Positions 10,057 through 20,469 are shown, numbered from the stretch's first letter. The stretch: 64,000 nucleotides of DNA from Candidatus Latescibacterota bacterium (GCA_965242865.1 CBDETK010000013.1:2944001-3008000), one strand, 5' to 3'. Numbers and translations: made by a program. Notes: generated from the letters alone by a model not told the origin.

Positions 10057-10267
10057 TCAGGTGGCTGCCCGTTCCGTCTGGGCAGCATCCCCCTGTTTTG
10101 GGTTTGGAGACAGCCTATCGCGTTTAGTTAATGCAGAAGCCGTGCAACGCCTTGCTGGCCGCAGCACAAGTGAAGGCTTCTGAGTCGCTTCCGCTAAACC
10201 TCAACTGAAAGACGGCCGAGCCCCGCGCTCGCTGCTCGACGCCTCCTCCCTCCGGTCTCTCAGGAGC

Positions 10268-13200
10268 GTGGGAACACGTCAAACGATAGACGTCGATAGG
10301 TATGCACTAGAGGTGTTTCTTCGCTTTCCCGTCCAAGCGTTTTCCTCGTGGCTGTGCGTTTTCTCGCTCGCGGCAATGGCCCACGCCGAGCCTGGTCTGC
10401 ACTTTGAGCCGCTGTCCGGCCCGCTGTCCCAGCGCATTGCAGGCCCTCGCCAAGAAGCCGCCTTTAGGGCTGGACAACCGCTCTTGCCAGCCCCCAGCCG
10501 CGCACCGATTTCGTACCGAGCCGCAGTGGACTCCGCGGGCATAGCCCACTACGGCCGCCGCGTCAGCGGATTCCCCGAGGGACCCACTGTCGCCGTCGCT
10601 CTAACCGACTATCTGCACATGGAATACCAAGCCAAGCACCGCCAGCTTTGGCACCAACAAATCCGCCGCGACTTTCGCACCACCGCGTCCGAGCAGCGCC
10701 GGCGCAGGGGCAGCCGCTTTGAGTGGACCGTGCCCTTTTCCACGCCCAAGCCCCTGCGCCGCTTTATCGGCGACCAAGGCCCCAGTCTGGCGCTCAATGG
10801 CTCGCGCACCATCATCATCTCGGGCAAGAGCGAGTGGACCGATGGCGAGGTGCAGACCTCGTTTGGGCGGAGCTCGAGGTTCCCCTCGCTGGGCATCGAA
10901 CAGGAGTCTGATTTTACGGTGGAGGGCAAAGTCGGCGAACTGATCAACATACGCATTGACCAAGACACCCAAAATTTAGGCTCGGCGCTTGGCTCCAATT
11001 TGGGGGATCAGCTGTCCAATCAGATCAAGCTCGACTACGACGGCGAGGAGGACTCCATCTTCCAAGAGGTGCAGGCCGGCAACACCACCTTAGAGCTGCC
11101 CAACACGCGCTTTGTCGGCTTCCGGCAGAAGAACAAGGGCCTGTTCGGCATCCGCGCGAAGGGGCACATCGGGCCGCTGGCCTTTACGACGGTGGCCAGC
11201 CACGAAAAGAGCAAGTCCAATCGCCAGACCTTCAAGGGCGGAGCGGCCATCGATACCCTCCAGCTCAAAGACTACCAATACATCCGCAACACGTACTTCT
11301 TCTTGCACGAGTTCTACCGCGCCCACCTGCTCGACTTCCGCCGGTTGTTGGACGGAGCGCAGTTTGGGGCGGAAAACTTCGTCGATATTAGCCGCCTCGA
11401 AGTCTATATCAACGACTTCAATACCAAAAACGACGCCGAGTTGTTCGCCAAGCCCGGCACAGCTTGGGTCGATCCGTCCGATTCCCTTTCTACCATTGAG
11501 TGCTTTGACGCGGCGGGCCAGCGCTTGCGCAACAGCGGCTGCTTTGAGGAGGGAACTTGGCACCGGCTCGACCCGGACGACGATTATGCGGTCGTGGCTG
11601 AAGCGGGTTACATCATCCTCAACCGACCCGTGCTCAACTCCTACGCCATGGCCGTGTACTTCAAAACCCGGGCACCGGACTTCGACGGCGCGCTCCAACA
11701 CGAGACCACTCGGCTCAAAACCAGCGCCGAAGCCGATTCCTTGCACCTCAAGCTGATCAAAGCCCGCAACGCCCGCCCGGGGTTTCCCACTTGGAACCTA
11801 GAGTGGAAAAACGTGTATCGCATTGCCTCGGGTTTTTCCACTGGCCGCCGCTTTGACCCCAAGACGTTGCAGGTCGATATCGCCAAGGAAGTGCCCGGTC
11901 AAGAGGACCAACTCTCGCAAAAGGGCCGCTCGTACTTGCAGGTCTTGGGCTTGGACGAGCGCGGCAAAGACCCGGGCAGCGCGCCTGACCGCGTCATCGA
12001 CGCCGATTACATCGGGCTGGACGACCTCCGCGGGCACTTGATTTTCCCGGACCAGCGGCCCTTTGATCCGCGCTCCGACCGGTACCGTGGCCAACTCGCT
12101 GAACCCGGCCCGGCCATCTACGACGAGCAGCAGCAGCGCGCCCAGATCGAGGCCAGCCGCTACAAAATCCTCGTCCGCGCGGCCTCCTCCGAGCAGCGCA
12201 TTCGGCTGGGCGGCCTCTTCGGCAGCGTCCGCTCCGAGACCGTGGAAGTCCAGCTAAATGGCCGCCCCCTGACGCGAGACGCGGACTACCGAGTCGATAT
12301 GATGGGCAGCGTGACGTTTGTCGGCTCGATTGCTCAGGAAGTGGCCGACCCCGGCGCCGACTTGGAAATCTCCTTTGAGTCCGCGGACCTGTTCAATATC
12401 GGCAGTCAGCAAAAAACGCTGTTGGGGCTGCGCACCGAGTACGAGTTCTGGGGGGGCGACGGGCGAGTGGGCAGCACCATGATTTACAACAACGAGCGGT
12501 CGAGCGATCGCCGGGTGCGGGTGGGCAACGAGCCTAAGCGCACGGTGATATGGAACTTTGACTTGCGCGCCCGGCGCGAGGTGCCGGCCCTCACCCGCGC
12601 TGTCGATATGCTGCCGCTGATCAAGACAGCGGTCCCCTCCGAAGTGACCTTAGACGCCGAAGTCGCGCAAAGCCGCCCCAATCTCAACACCAAGGGGCGC
12701 GGCTACATAGACGACTTTGAAGACAGCGAGCGGCCCATCTCCCTGTTCCTCAACCGCATGCGCTGGGCCCCGGCCAGCACGCCGGTGGGCGGGCGCTTGG
12801 GCGCGGAAAATCGCGCGTCCTTCCTCTGGTACAATCCCTACGACGGGGCCTTGCGCACCGACATTTGGCCCAACCAAGAAGAGCAGATCGACGCCCAAAA
12901 CCGCCGCACCGACATCCTGTCGCTCGCGCTGACGCCGCGGCTCGAAGCCCCGGAGTCTTGGGGGGGAATCACCCTCGCCTTTTCGGCCGTCAACGACTTT
13001 TCTGAGTCCAAGTTCCTAGAGGTCTGGGTCCGCGGCCGGGAGGGCATCTTGCACGTGAACTTGGGCGACCAAATCAACGAGGATTACATCGCCAACGGCC
13101 GCCTCGATACCGAAGACGAGCCGTTTCCCGGGCAAGCGGCCGGCGATGGGTTGGTGGAGCGGGAAGAGGATGTGGGCATTGACGGCCGCGACGACGAGGC

Positions 13201-16200
13201 CGAGTTGAACTTCTACCTGCGGCTGCAGGACGCCACGTTCGACACCACTCGCTCCCTAGCCGAGCGGAAGCAGGCATTTGCCGCGCTCTATCCAGACGCC
13301 GATCCCCTGCGCCCCAACCGCTCGCCCGACGATCCCGAAGGGGACAACTGGCAATACGACGCCCAGCGCGACAAGCACGATTACAGCCGCATCAACGGAA
13401 CCGAGAACAACAAAAAAGACCCCGAAAGCGGCGACCGCCCGGACACGGAAGACCTCAATGACAACGGCGTGCTCGACCGGCGCAACAGTTACTACCACTA
13501 CGAGCTCGATTTGTCCGCGAGCCACTACGAGGTCGCCGGCACCGAAAACAAGGGCTGGCGTCAGCTCCGAGTGCCCCTGTTCGGCCCCCAGGTCGAGCGC
13601 GTAGGCTCGCCCGACTCCACCCGCATTGAATACGCCCGCCTGATGCTTTCGAGCGCACCGCAGCCGGAGGCCGATCAGCCCGTGCGAGCCGATATCGCCC
13701 TCGTGGAGATCGTGGGCAACAAGTGGCAGGAAGACGAATTGGTGCGGCTCGACGCGCGCTTCCCGGTTGGCGAGCGCGAGACGCTCGACGTCACGGTCAT
13801 TGGCACCGACAAGAGCCAGAGTTACCGGCCCCCGCCCGGCGTGAAGATCCGCCGCAACGTGCAGTCGCGCACCCGCGAACGCGAGCAATCCCTCGTGCTG
13901 GCCTACGAAAACCTAGAGCCGGGCCACCAGATGTCGGCGACTAGGATTTTGACCCGACCGGCCAATTACACCAACTACGAGCGGCTGCGCATGTACGTCT
14001 ATGGCGATTCGAGCGGGACGGTTGAATACGCCCGCGGCGATTCGAGCGACTTGGTGCTCTTCGTGCGCTTTGGCGTGGATTCGACCAATTACTACGAGAC
14101 CATCAGCCCCATCTTCCCGGGTTGGGAAGGCGGGCGCAAGGGCTGGAAGGGCAATCAAGTCGATGTGGACCTGCCGGTCATTTCCCAGCTCAAGGCCCTG
14201 CTGCAATCGGGACAAGCCGATACCACCACGGGCGAGTTCTACTACACCTATCGGGTGCTCGACCCGCACGAGGCCCCGCTAGACGGCAAGACCCTGATCG
14301 CGCAACGCGAGTTGGAAGCGTTGCGTGCGGCCGGCTACGACCCCCACGTCGAGCGCTTTTCCCTAGACCAAGTCTTTGCGCGGTCGGGCCGGCGCAGCGG
14401 CGAGGAAGCCATTTACCGGGTGCGCGGCAACCCGTCGATGCAGTCGATCAAACAACTGAGCATCGGCCTGCGCAACCGGGCTGCAAACCGCGCGTACAGC
14501 GGCCGGGTCTTGCTCGACGAGCTTCGCCTCGACGAGGCGCGCAACGACCCCGGGCTGGCCGCATACACCCATCTCAACGCCAAGCTGGCCGACTTTGCCA
14601 CCGTCGGCGGCAACGTGCTGTGGCGGCAGGAGAATTTCCGCAGCTTTAGCGGCCAAGGCGGCAACAGCACGGACCGCGAAGCCGCGCTCGCGGTCTCGAC
14701 CAACGCGCAAAAGCTCCTGCCGAGCAGCTGGGGGTTTTTGATCCCGCTCAAGGTAAATCTCAGCCGCACGACCAGCTTGCCGCGCTTCGGCCCCGGCTCG
14801 GACGTGGAGCTGACTCCCGAAGAGAAGCTCGAGCAACAGGCCGTGCGCTCCAAGGAGCTCTACGACGTCTCGATCAGCCGGCGGCCGGGCAAAAACGTCC
14901 TCTTGCGCTGGACTCTCGACCAGATGAATCTGCGGCTGTCTCACTCGCGCGAACACAGCTCGGACCCGGTGCGCCCGATCAACGAGCGCGAAGCCCAGAC
15001 GATGAGCTTCAACTACAGCATGCCGCTGCCCAAGCCGGGGCTGCGGATCATGGGCTGGCTCCCGACGTTCATGCCCAAGAGCTGGACGCGGCTGGAGTTT
15101 CGCCCGCTGCCTACGAGCCTGACCTACTCGTTCAACGGCCGCCGGAACATCTCGCGGTTGCTGCGCCGCGGCGACGACGATCCGACCGAGCAAGAGGACT
15201 TTACGCTCGTGGAAACCTACGCCTCTAAGCTCAATCCGCTCTCCGGGCTGTCGGCCAACTACAACCTCAAAATTGACCGCGACTTGCGGAAAAAGTTCGC
15301 CCTCGCCCAGCGGAGCTTTGGGCGCGAGGTCGGGCGGCGGCAAACGGCCGACCTCGGCTTGTCGCTGCGCCTGATCTCGTGGCTGGACCAAAACTACACC
15401 TTCAAGGCCAATTACGAGGAGCAGAACGACCCGGCACAGCGGCGCGGGGTGGCCCCCATTGATTCGATTAGCGGCCGGCCGTTTAAGACTCTCGAAATCC
15501 GCAACCAGAACGACCTGTCCGTCCGCCTCAATCTCAAAATCCCGACCCTGCTCAAAAACTTGGGCAAGGCCAAGCGCCGCGACGACCGGGACCGCGAGCG
15601 GAAGCGAGACGCCGGCGAGTCAAGCGCCAAGGGCGACCCAGCCGAGCAGCAGAAAAGCCAAGTGCCGCAAGGTCCCAACATGTTTCGCCGCCTCGCCGGG
15701 TGGACGGGCCGCCTCGTCGAGCCGGTCAATGCCAGTTGGCGGCGCAACATCAACTCGCGCCACTTCAACTTGCTGCACCGGCCCTCGCTCGCCTACCAAC
15801 TCGGCCTTGCGGACACCCTGCGGGTGCGGCAGGTGACCCAAGGGCTGACCCACCAAGACAATTGGTCGCACACGGCCTCGTTTGAGGCCGGCTCGGGGAT
15901 GCGGTTGCCCTTTGGCATTAGCGTCAAGGTCAACTCCAAGGATCAGACCACCAAGCGCAGCGGGGCTTCGCAGCAACGGCGGCGGTTGCGCAACGAGCGG
16001 ACCTACCCGCGCATAAACCTGAGCTGGGGGCGCGCCGACCGAATTCCCCTGATAAAGCGCGTGATCAACAGCGCGCAGGTAAACGCGAGTTTCGAGACCG
16101 TAGAGGCCAGCGAGGGCGAGGGCCGCCTCGCGCCCGGGCACCTGCTCTCTGAGGAGACCAAGACCGAGTTTAGGGCGTCGTGGAACGGTCGTTGGCGCTG

Positions 16201-16636
16201 GGGCCCGACCACGACCATTGAGCGCGTGATCTCTTTCTCGGAGAGCCGAGATTTTGACGAACCCACGGCCGAGGGCGACGGCACCCAATCCCTGCGCGGC
16301 ACCCGCGACCGGGTGCGCACGACCACCACGTTCAAGATCACGCACACCCTCAAGCCGCGGCGGCTGCCCTTGATCGGCCGGCTCAAAAGCGATGTCACGC
16401 TCACCTTGGAACAAAAATTTGAAAACGAGGTGCGCTCCATTGCCACGGGGGCCGAAGACCGCATTCCCAACGCCAAAAAGAACACTTGGCGCACGCAGTT
16501 GACCACGACCTATAACTTCAGCTCAAACTTCCGCGGCGAGGGGCGAATTCGCATTGAGAACGACAAAGACCACATCCGAGACAAGACGCGGAAGATCCGC
16601 GAGGTGCGGCTTTCGGGCACGTTCTTCCTCCGCTGA
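10268..16636 (+). CDS. sprA: SprA/Sov-like large outer-membrane protein (type IX secretion translocon family)
   Basis: 2,122 aa; SprA-type motifs such as IKLDYDGEEDSIFQEVQAGNTTLELP, GLFGIRA, YIDDFE, DTEDLNDNGVLD...NSYYHY; long amphipathic beta-strand C-terminus ending FFLR. Confidence 0.82.
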   Translation: MGTRQTIDVDRYALEVFLRFPVQAFSSWLCVFSLAAMAHAEPGLHFEPLSGPLSQRIAGPRQEAAFRAGQPLLPAPSRAPISYRAAVDSAGIAHYGRRVSGFPEGPTVAVALTDYLHMEYQAKHRQLWHQQIRRDFRTTASEQRRRRGSRFEWTVPFSTPKPLRRFIGDQGPSLALNGSRTIIISGKSEWTDGEVQTSFGRSSRFPSLGIEQESDFTVEGKVGELINIRIDQDTQNLGSALGSNLGDQLSNQIKLDYDGEEDSIFQEVQAGNTTLELPNTRFVGFRQKNKGLFGIRAKGHIGPLAFTTVASHEKSKSNRQTFKGGAAIDTLQLKDYQYIRNTYFFLHEFYRAHLLDFRRLLDGAQFGAENFVDISRLEVYINDFNTKNDAELFAKPGTAWVDPSDSLSTIECFDAAGQRLRNSGCFEEGTWHRLDPDDDYAVVAEAGYIILNRPVLNSYAMAVYFKTRAPDFDGALQHETTRLKTSAEADSLHLKLIKARNARPGFPTWNLEWKNVYRIASGFSTGRRFDPKTLQVDIAKEVPGQEDQLSQKGRSYLQVLGLDERGKDPGSAPDRVIDADYIGLDDLRGHLIFPDQRPFDPRSDRYRGQLAEPGPAIYDEQQQRAQIEASRYKILVRAASSEQRIRLGGLFGSVRSETVEVQLNGRPLTRDADYRVDMMGSVTFVGSIAQEVADPGADLEISFESADLFNIGSQQKTLLGLRTEYEFWGGDGRVGSTMIYNNERSSDRRVRVGNEPKRTVIWNFDLRARREVPALTRAVDMLPLIKTAVPSEVTLDAEVAQSRPNLNTKGRGYIDDFEDSERPISLFLNRMRWAPASTPVGGRLGAENRASFLWYNPYDGALRTDIWPNQEEQIDAQNRRTDILSLALTPRLEAPESWGGITLAFSAVNDFSESKFLEVWVRGREGILHVNLGDQINEDYIANGRLDTEDEPFPGQAAGDGLVEREEDVGIDGRDDEAELNFYLRLQDATFDTTRSLAERKQAFAALYPDADPLRPNRSPDDPEGDNWQYDAQRDKHDYSRINGTENNKKDPESGDRPDTEDLNDNGVLDRRNSYYHYELDLSASHYEVAGTENKGWRQLRVPLFGPQVERVGSPDSTRIEYARLMLSSAPQPEADQPVRADIALVEIVGNKWQEDELVRLDARFPVGERETLDVTVIGTDKSQSYRPPPGVKIRRNVQSRTREREQSLVLAYENLEPGHQMSATRILTRPANYTNYERLRMYVYGDSSGTVEYARGDSSDLVLFVRFGVDSTNYYETISPIFPGWEGGRKGWKGNQVDVDLPVISQLKALLQSGQADTTTGEFYYTYRVLDPHEAPLDGKTLIAQRELEALRAAGYDPHVERFSLDQVFARSGRRSGEEAIYRVRGNPSMQSIKQLSIGLRNRAANRAYSGRVLLDELRLDEARNDPGLAAYTHLNAKLADFATVGGNVLWRQENFRSFSGQGGNSTDREAALAVSTNAQKLLPSSWGFLIPLKVNLSRTTSLPRFGPGSDVELTPEEKLEQQAVRSKELYDVSISRRPGKNVLLRWTLDQMNLRLSHSREHSSDPVRPINEREAQTMSFNYSMPLPKPGLRIMGWLPTFMPKSWTRLEFRPLPTSLTYSFNGRRNISRLLRRGDDDPTEQEDFTLVETYASKLNPLSGLSANYNLKIDRDLRKKFALAQRSFGREVGRRQTADLGLSLRLISWLDQNYTFKANYEEQNDPAQRRGVAPIDSISGRPFKTLEIRNQNDLSVRLNLKIPTLLKNLGKAKRRDDRDRERKRDAGESSAKGDPAEQQKSQVPQGPNMFRRLAGWTGRLVEPVNASWRRNINSRHFNLLHRPSLAYQLGLADTLRVRQVTQGLTHQDNWSHTASFEAGSGMRLPFGISVKVNSKDQTTKRSGASQQRRRLRNERTYPRINLSWGRADRIPLIKRVINSAQVNASFETVEASEGEGRLAPGHLLSEETKTEFRASWNGRWRWGPTTTIERVISFSESRDFDEPTAEGDGTQSLRGTRDRVRTTTTFKITHTLKPRRLPLIGRLKSDVTLTLEQKFENEVRSIATGAEDRIPNAKKNTWRTQLTTTYNFSSNFRGEGRIRIENDKDHIRDKTRKIREVRLSGTFFLR

Positions 16637-16668
16637 GCATTGCTCGGCGCGGCTACGGGAGATATGTT

Positions 16669-17034
16669 TTGTTTAATCAACGCGAGCAACGCGCACTCAT
16701 CGGCCTGACAGCGGCCCTGCTCGTAGGGATGCTCGTGGCCGTAAGCGATTGGTTTTACCCATCGCACTCAGAGGAATTTAGCGTCGTGCCGCGCGCGGTC
16801 GCTCCGCCGCCACCGCTGGCCGTAGTCAAAGCCGAGCAAGGGCCGCTGGCGCTCAATTCGGCTACGGCCGCCGAGCTCGTCGCGTTGCCAGCAATCGGCC
16901 CCAAGATCGCCGAGCGGATCGTCGCCTTCCGCCGCACCCACGGGCCGTTCAAGCGGCTGGAGCAACTGACCCAAGTCCATGGCATCGGCACTAAAACGCT
17001 AGAAAAACTTCGTCCTTTGCTCATCGTGGAGTAA
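16669..17034 (+). CDS. comEA: ComEA-family helix-hairpin-helix DNA-binding protein
   Basis: N-terminal TM segment; LNSATAAELVALPAIGPKIAERIVAFR...GPF...GIG. Confidence 0.9.
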   Translation: MFNQREQRALIGLTAALLVGMLVAVSDWFYPSHSEEFSVVPRAVAPPPPLAVVKAEQGPLALNSATAAELVALPAIGPKIAERIVAFRRTHGPFKRLEQLTQVHGIGTKTLEKLRPLLIVE

Positions 17035-17038
17035 GGGA

Positions 17039-17944
17039 ATGTTTCGCAGGAAGAGGTTGGGATTGTTTGGCAGAACAAAGGCCACCGGGATTCACATCAG
17101 CGGTCAAACCGTGCGCGTCGCCGCCTTAGACGCTGGACGCACCGGCGTCCGGCCGCTGGTCTTGGCAACCGACGAGCTGGAGCGGCCCTTTGACCCGGTA
17201 GCTCTGACCAACGAGCGTCAGCGACGCGGGCTCGCCGCCCAGCTAGCCAAGCTGGCGAAGGATTACGATTTTGATTACAGCAATACCTGTTTTTCGCTGG
17301 ACCGGCGCGTGGGCTTCATTCAGCGGCGGCCCCTCGCGGCGGAATCCGAGCGAGAAAACCGCGACCAGCTCTCCTGGGAGGCCGAGCAGATTTTGGCCGG
17401 AGAAGCAACCGCGTTTAGCTGCGATTTTGCGCTGACCTCGCAGTGGGGGTTTGTGGCCGCAGCGCGCCACCGCGCCCTCAACTGCTACCGCGCCCTAGGC
17501 CGGGCGGCCGGGGTCCAGCGGTTCGATGTGGATTTGGCGCCCTTTTCGCTGTACAACGCCAGCGAACGCGCCAACCTGCTCGCCAAAGATAAGTTTTCGC
17601 TCCTGCTTTATGCCGATCTGGGCGAGGCTTGGCTCCTGCTGACAGAGGAAGGCGAGTTGTCCGCCATGACCAGTTGCGTATGGGAGGGCAACGACGCCGC
17701 GCCCAAAGCCTTAAAGGGCGCGGCGCACGAGCTGCTCGGCGACAAGAGCAGCAGCGTCCGACGCCTGTGGGGGGCCGGTGTTGTGTATTGGAGCAAGGGC
17801 TTGGCCGAGCATTTGCGGGTGCCGCATTCAGTCCTCGATCCGCTCGCCGCGGTCAATCCCAAGTTGCTCGACGATGCCACGTCCGCCCAGCGATCCGCGT
17901 ATGCCATTGCCGTCGGGCTGGCGCAGCGGGGGTTGGCGCGATGA
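17039..17944 (+). CDS. PilM-like (actin-fold) type IV pilus assembly protein, divergent
   Basis: N-terminal GIHISGQTVRVAAL, WEAEQ, DVDLAPFSLYNA, C-terminal YAIAVGLAQR resemble PilM. Confidence 0.55.
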   Translation: MFRRKRLGLFGRTKATGIHISGQTVRVAALDAGRTGVRPLVLATDELERPFDPVALTNERQRRGLAAQLAKLAKDYDFDYSNTCFSLDRRVGFIQRRPLAAESERENRDQLSWEAEQILAGEATAFSCDFALTSQWGFVAAARHRALNCYRALGRAAGVQRFDVDLAPFSLYNASERANLLAKDKFSLLLYADLGEAWLLLTEEGELSAMTSCVWEGNDAAPKALKGAAHELLGDKSSSVRRLWGAGVVYWSKGLAEHLRVPHSVLDPLAAVNPKLLDDATSAQRSAYAIAVGLAQRGLAR

Positions 17945-18903
17945 TCCGCGTCGAACTGCTCGGCCGCCAGCGGCGGTGGTGGCCTTGGTCAAAAGCCTTG
18001 CTTTCGGCCTTGGTCGTCTGCGGGGGACTATACGGCCTCTACCATGTTCTCTACTCGGGTTCCGCCCCCAGCCCGGTAGTACCGCAAGCGGCTGCTCCTC
18101 CGAGTTCGATAGTACAGCAAGCGGCCGCTCCTAGCCCGATAGTACAGCAAGCGGCCGCTCCTAGCCCGATAGTACAGCAAGCGACCGCCCCCAGCCCGGT
18201 AGCCCAACGAGAAATCACCCCAGAGTCTGCGGTCCAGCAAGCGACCGCCCCCAGCCCTGCCGCAATGCCGCAAGAAATCGAATCCAGTCCCGCGACCGAG
18301 CAAGAGCCCGCAGGCCAACGAGAAGCCTCGGCCCCAACGCCGGCCCAACGCAGCACGGCCTGCCACCAAGCCATGCGGATCGTCGAACAGGCTCCCGCCG
18401 GGATTCGCTTGGCTTCGCTGAACTGCAATTCGACCGGGGAGTACTGGCTGGAGGGGGCCAGCCCTTCGCACAAAGCCCTGCGCGCCTTCAGGCTGCGCCT
18501 GCAAGCATTGCCATCGCGGGTTTCGTTTTCGACTTGGCGGGAGGAGCGCACGTTGCGCTTTGCCTTCCAAGGCCGCTTTGCCGAGCGAACCCCTCCTCCA
18601 CAGGCCGCCCTTTCCTCGGGCCAAGCCGAGCAGTTCTTGGGCGAGGTGGCCGGCTGGGCCGACGCGAGCGGCCTAGACAGCTTGTCGATCCACGAGCCGA
18701 TCCACGTGCGCCACCAACAGCGGCAAAAATTGCGGGGCATTGGGGCTCCGCAGCAGATCGACGCCTTCTTACAGCAGTTTCAACAGGCCGAGGGGGTTGC
18801 AACCCTCGGGGAGGTCTTGCTCATGCCCGTCAAGAGCGACGAGCACGGCTGGGTCACAGCGCGGCTCTACGCGGCTGTGGACATCGTCGTGGAAGCGCCC
18901 TGA
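17941..18903 (+). CDS. PilN-like membrane-anchored protein with Pro/Gln tandem-repeat linker
   Basis: MIRVELL start typical of PilN, one TM segment; ATGA overlap with the pilM-like stop. Confidence 0.5.
   Translation: MIRVELLGRQRRWWPWSKALLSALVVCGGLYGLYHVLYSGSAPSPVVPQAAAPPSSIVQQAAAPSPIVQQAAAPSPIVQQATAPSPVAQREITPESAVQQATAPSPAAMPQEIESSPATEQEPAGQREASAPTPAQRSTACHQAMRIVEQAPAGIRLASLNCNSTGEYWLEGASPSHKALRAFRLRLQALPSRVSFSTWREERTLRFAFQGRFAERTPPPQAALSSGQAEQFLGEVAGWADASGLDSLSIHEPIHVRHQQRQKLRGIGAPQQIDAFLQQFQQAEGVATLGEVLLMPVKSDEHGWVTARLYAAVDIVVEAP
18063..18258 (+). repeat. In-frame 30-bp tandem repeat (PSPIVQQAAA)n
   Basis: gatagtacagcaagcggccgctcctagccc units, about 5-6 copies, degenerate at the ends. 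Confidence 0.9.
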
Positions 18904-19397
18904 TGAACCGCTTTGCCGACGCCGCCATCTATCCCGGCAGCTTCGACCCCATCACTTTGGGCCACCTAAACATTCTAGAGCGGGCCTTGGACATTTTCTC
19001 CCAAGTCACCCTGCTGGTGGCGATCAATCCCAACAAAAAGCCGCTGTTTTCGCTGGCGGAGAGCCGGGAAATAATCTCCGAGGCCATTCGCCACTGGCCG
19101 CAGGCCAACGTCGATTTCCACGACGGCTTGACCGTTGACTATGCGCGGCAGCACAACATACGCACGGCCGTGCGGGGTCTGCGGGCGGTCACCGACTTTG
19201 AGCACGAGTTCGCCATGGCCTTGACCAATCGCTCGCTGTGGCCGGAGTTCGACACGGTCTTTCTAATGACCAAGGCCGAGTACATGTATCTCAGTTCGTC
19301 GGTCGTGCGCCAAGTGGCGCAAATGGGTGGGCAGTTGAACCAGTTCGTGCCCCCTTGTATTGAGCGACGCCTGCGGGAGAAATTCCAAAATGCCTGA
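18903..19397 (+). CDS. coaD: Pantetheine-phosphate adenylyltransferase
   Basis: AIYPGSFDPITLGH, RGLRAVTDFEHE, LSSSVVR. Confidence 0.97.
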   Translation: MNRFADAAIYPGSFDPITLGHLNILERALDIFSQVTLLVAINPNKKPLFSLAESREIISEAIRHWPQANVDFHDGLTVDYARQHNIRTAVRGLRAVTDFEHEFAMALTNRSLWPEFDTVFLMTKAEYMYLSSSVVRQVAQMGGQLNQFVPPCIERRLREKFQNA

Positions 19398-20460
19398 GTC
19401 CCAACGCGAAGTGCAGGCCCTGCTCGCGCTGACCCGAGCCGAGCGGCTCGGGCGCGTGCGGCGCTTGCTCGACCACTTTGGCTCGGCCCAAGCGGCCCTC
19501 GCGGCCCCAGATTGGACGGCGGCCGTGGGTCCCAACGCCCCCGACCAGCGGCCAACGCCGGCCGACTTTGCTTGGGCGGCCGAGCAATGGCACCGGCTCT
19601 GCGCCAGCGGCGGTCGCTGTCTGTCCCCGCAGGACGCGAACTATCCCCAGCTCCTCGGGCAAATCGCCGCGCCGCCCCCCGTGCTGTTTGCGCTGGGGCC
19701 AGACGACTTGGCCCCTCCCACGGTGGCCATCGTCGGCTCGCGCCGGGCAGCGGGCGACGGCAAGCAACTCGCGGCCGAGCTGGCCCGCGAGCTAGTGGCT
19801 CGGGGCGTCTGCATCGTCAGCGGCTTGGCTTTCGGCATTGACGCCGCAGCCCACGAGGCCGCACTCGCGGCTGGCGGACGCACCATCGCCGTGTTGGGCT
19901 GTGGGGCCGATGTGGCCTATCCCAGCGCCCATGCTTCGCTCTACCGCCAAATCCGCGAGCGCGGGGCCATTGTCTCCGAGTTTGCTTGGGGGGCGCAGCC
20001 CGAGCGGGGAGCCTTCCCGCGCCGCAACCGCATCATCAGCGGGCTGAGCTTGGGGGTCGTCATCGTCGCGGCCCCGCAAAAGAGCGGGGCGCTGATTACG
20101 GCCCAACACGCCCTCGAGCAAAACCGCGAGGTCTTCGCCGTGCCCGGGGACGTGCGTTCGGGCCGCAACGCCGGCTGTCACCAGCTCATCAAAGACGGGG
20201 CCAAACTAGTCGAAGATGTGGAGGATGTGCTCGAGGAATTGGCGATATGGACGCACCCGCAAGACGCGCCCGCGCCCGTTCTTCCCCCGGAAGAAGACAG
20301 CGTCTATGCCCTGCTCTCGCGCCAACCCCAGCACATCGACGAACTCGCCCAAACCAGCACCCTGCCGCCGGCGGCCCTGCTCGACGTGCTGCTCAGGTTG
20401 GAACTGGACGGCCTAGTGGAGCAGCTAGCGGGCAAGCGATTTTTGCGGCGCGCGAAGTAA
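19390..20460 (+). CDS. dprA: DNA-processing protein DprA
   Basis: VAIVGSR, VSGLAFGIDAAAH, FPRRNRIISGLS, SGALITA, C-terminal winged helix. Confidence 0.96.
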   Translation: MPESQREVQALLALTRAERLGRVRRLLDHFGSAQAALAAPDWTAAVGPNAPDQRPTPADFAWAAEQWHRLCASGGRCLSPQDANYPQLLGQIAAPPPVLFALGPDDLAPPTVAIVGSRRAAGDGKQLAAELARELVARGVCIVSGLAFGIDAAAHEAALAAGGRTIAVLGCGADVAYPSAHASLYRQIRERGAIVSEFAWGAQPERGAFPRRNRIISGLSLGVVIVAAPQKSGALITAQHALEQNREVFAVPGDVRSGRNAGCHQLIKDGAKLVEDVEDVLEELAIWTHPQDAPAPVLPPEEDSVYALLSRQPQHIDELAQTSTLPPAALLDVLLRLELDGLVEQLAGKRFLRRAK

Positions 20461-20469
20461 GCGCCGCGG

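Noticed and set aside
18063-18258. Tandem repeats as a CRISPR array
   Set aside because: No unique spacers; the repeats are in-frame coding units and no cas genes are present.
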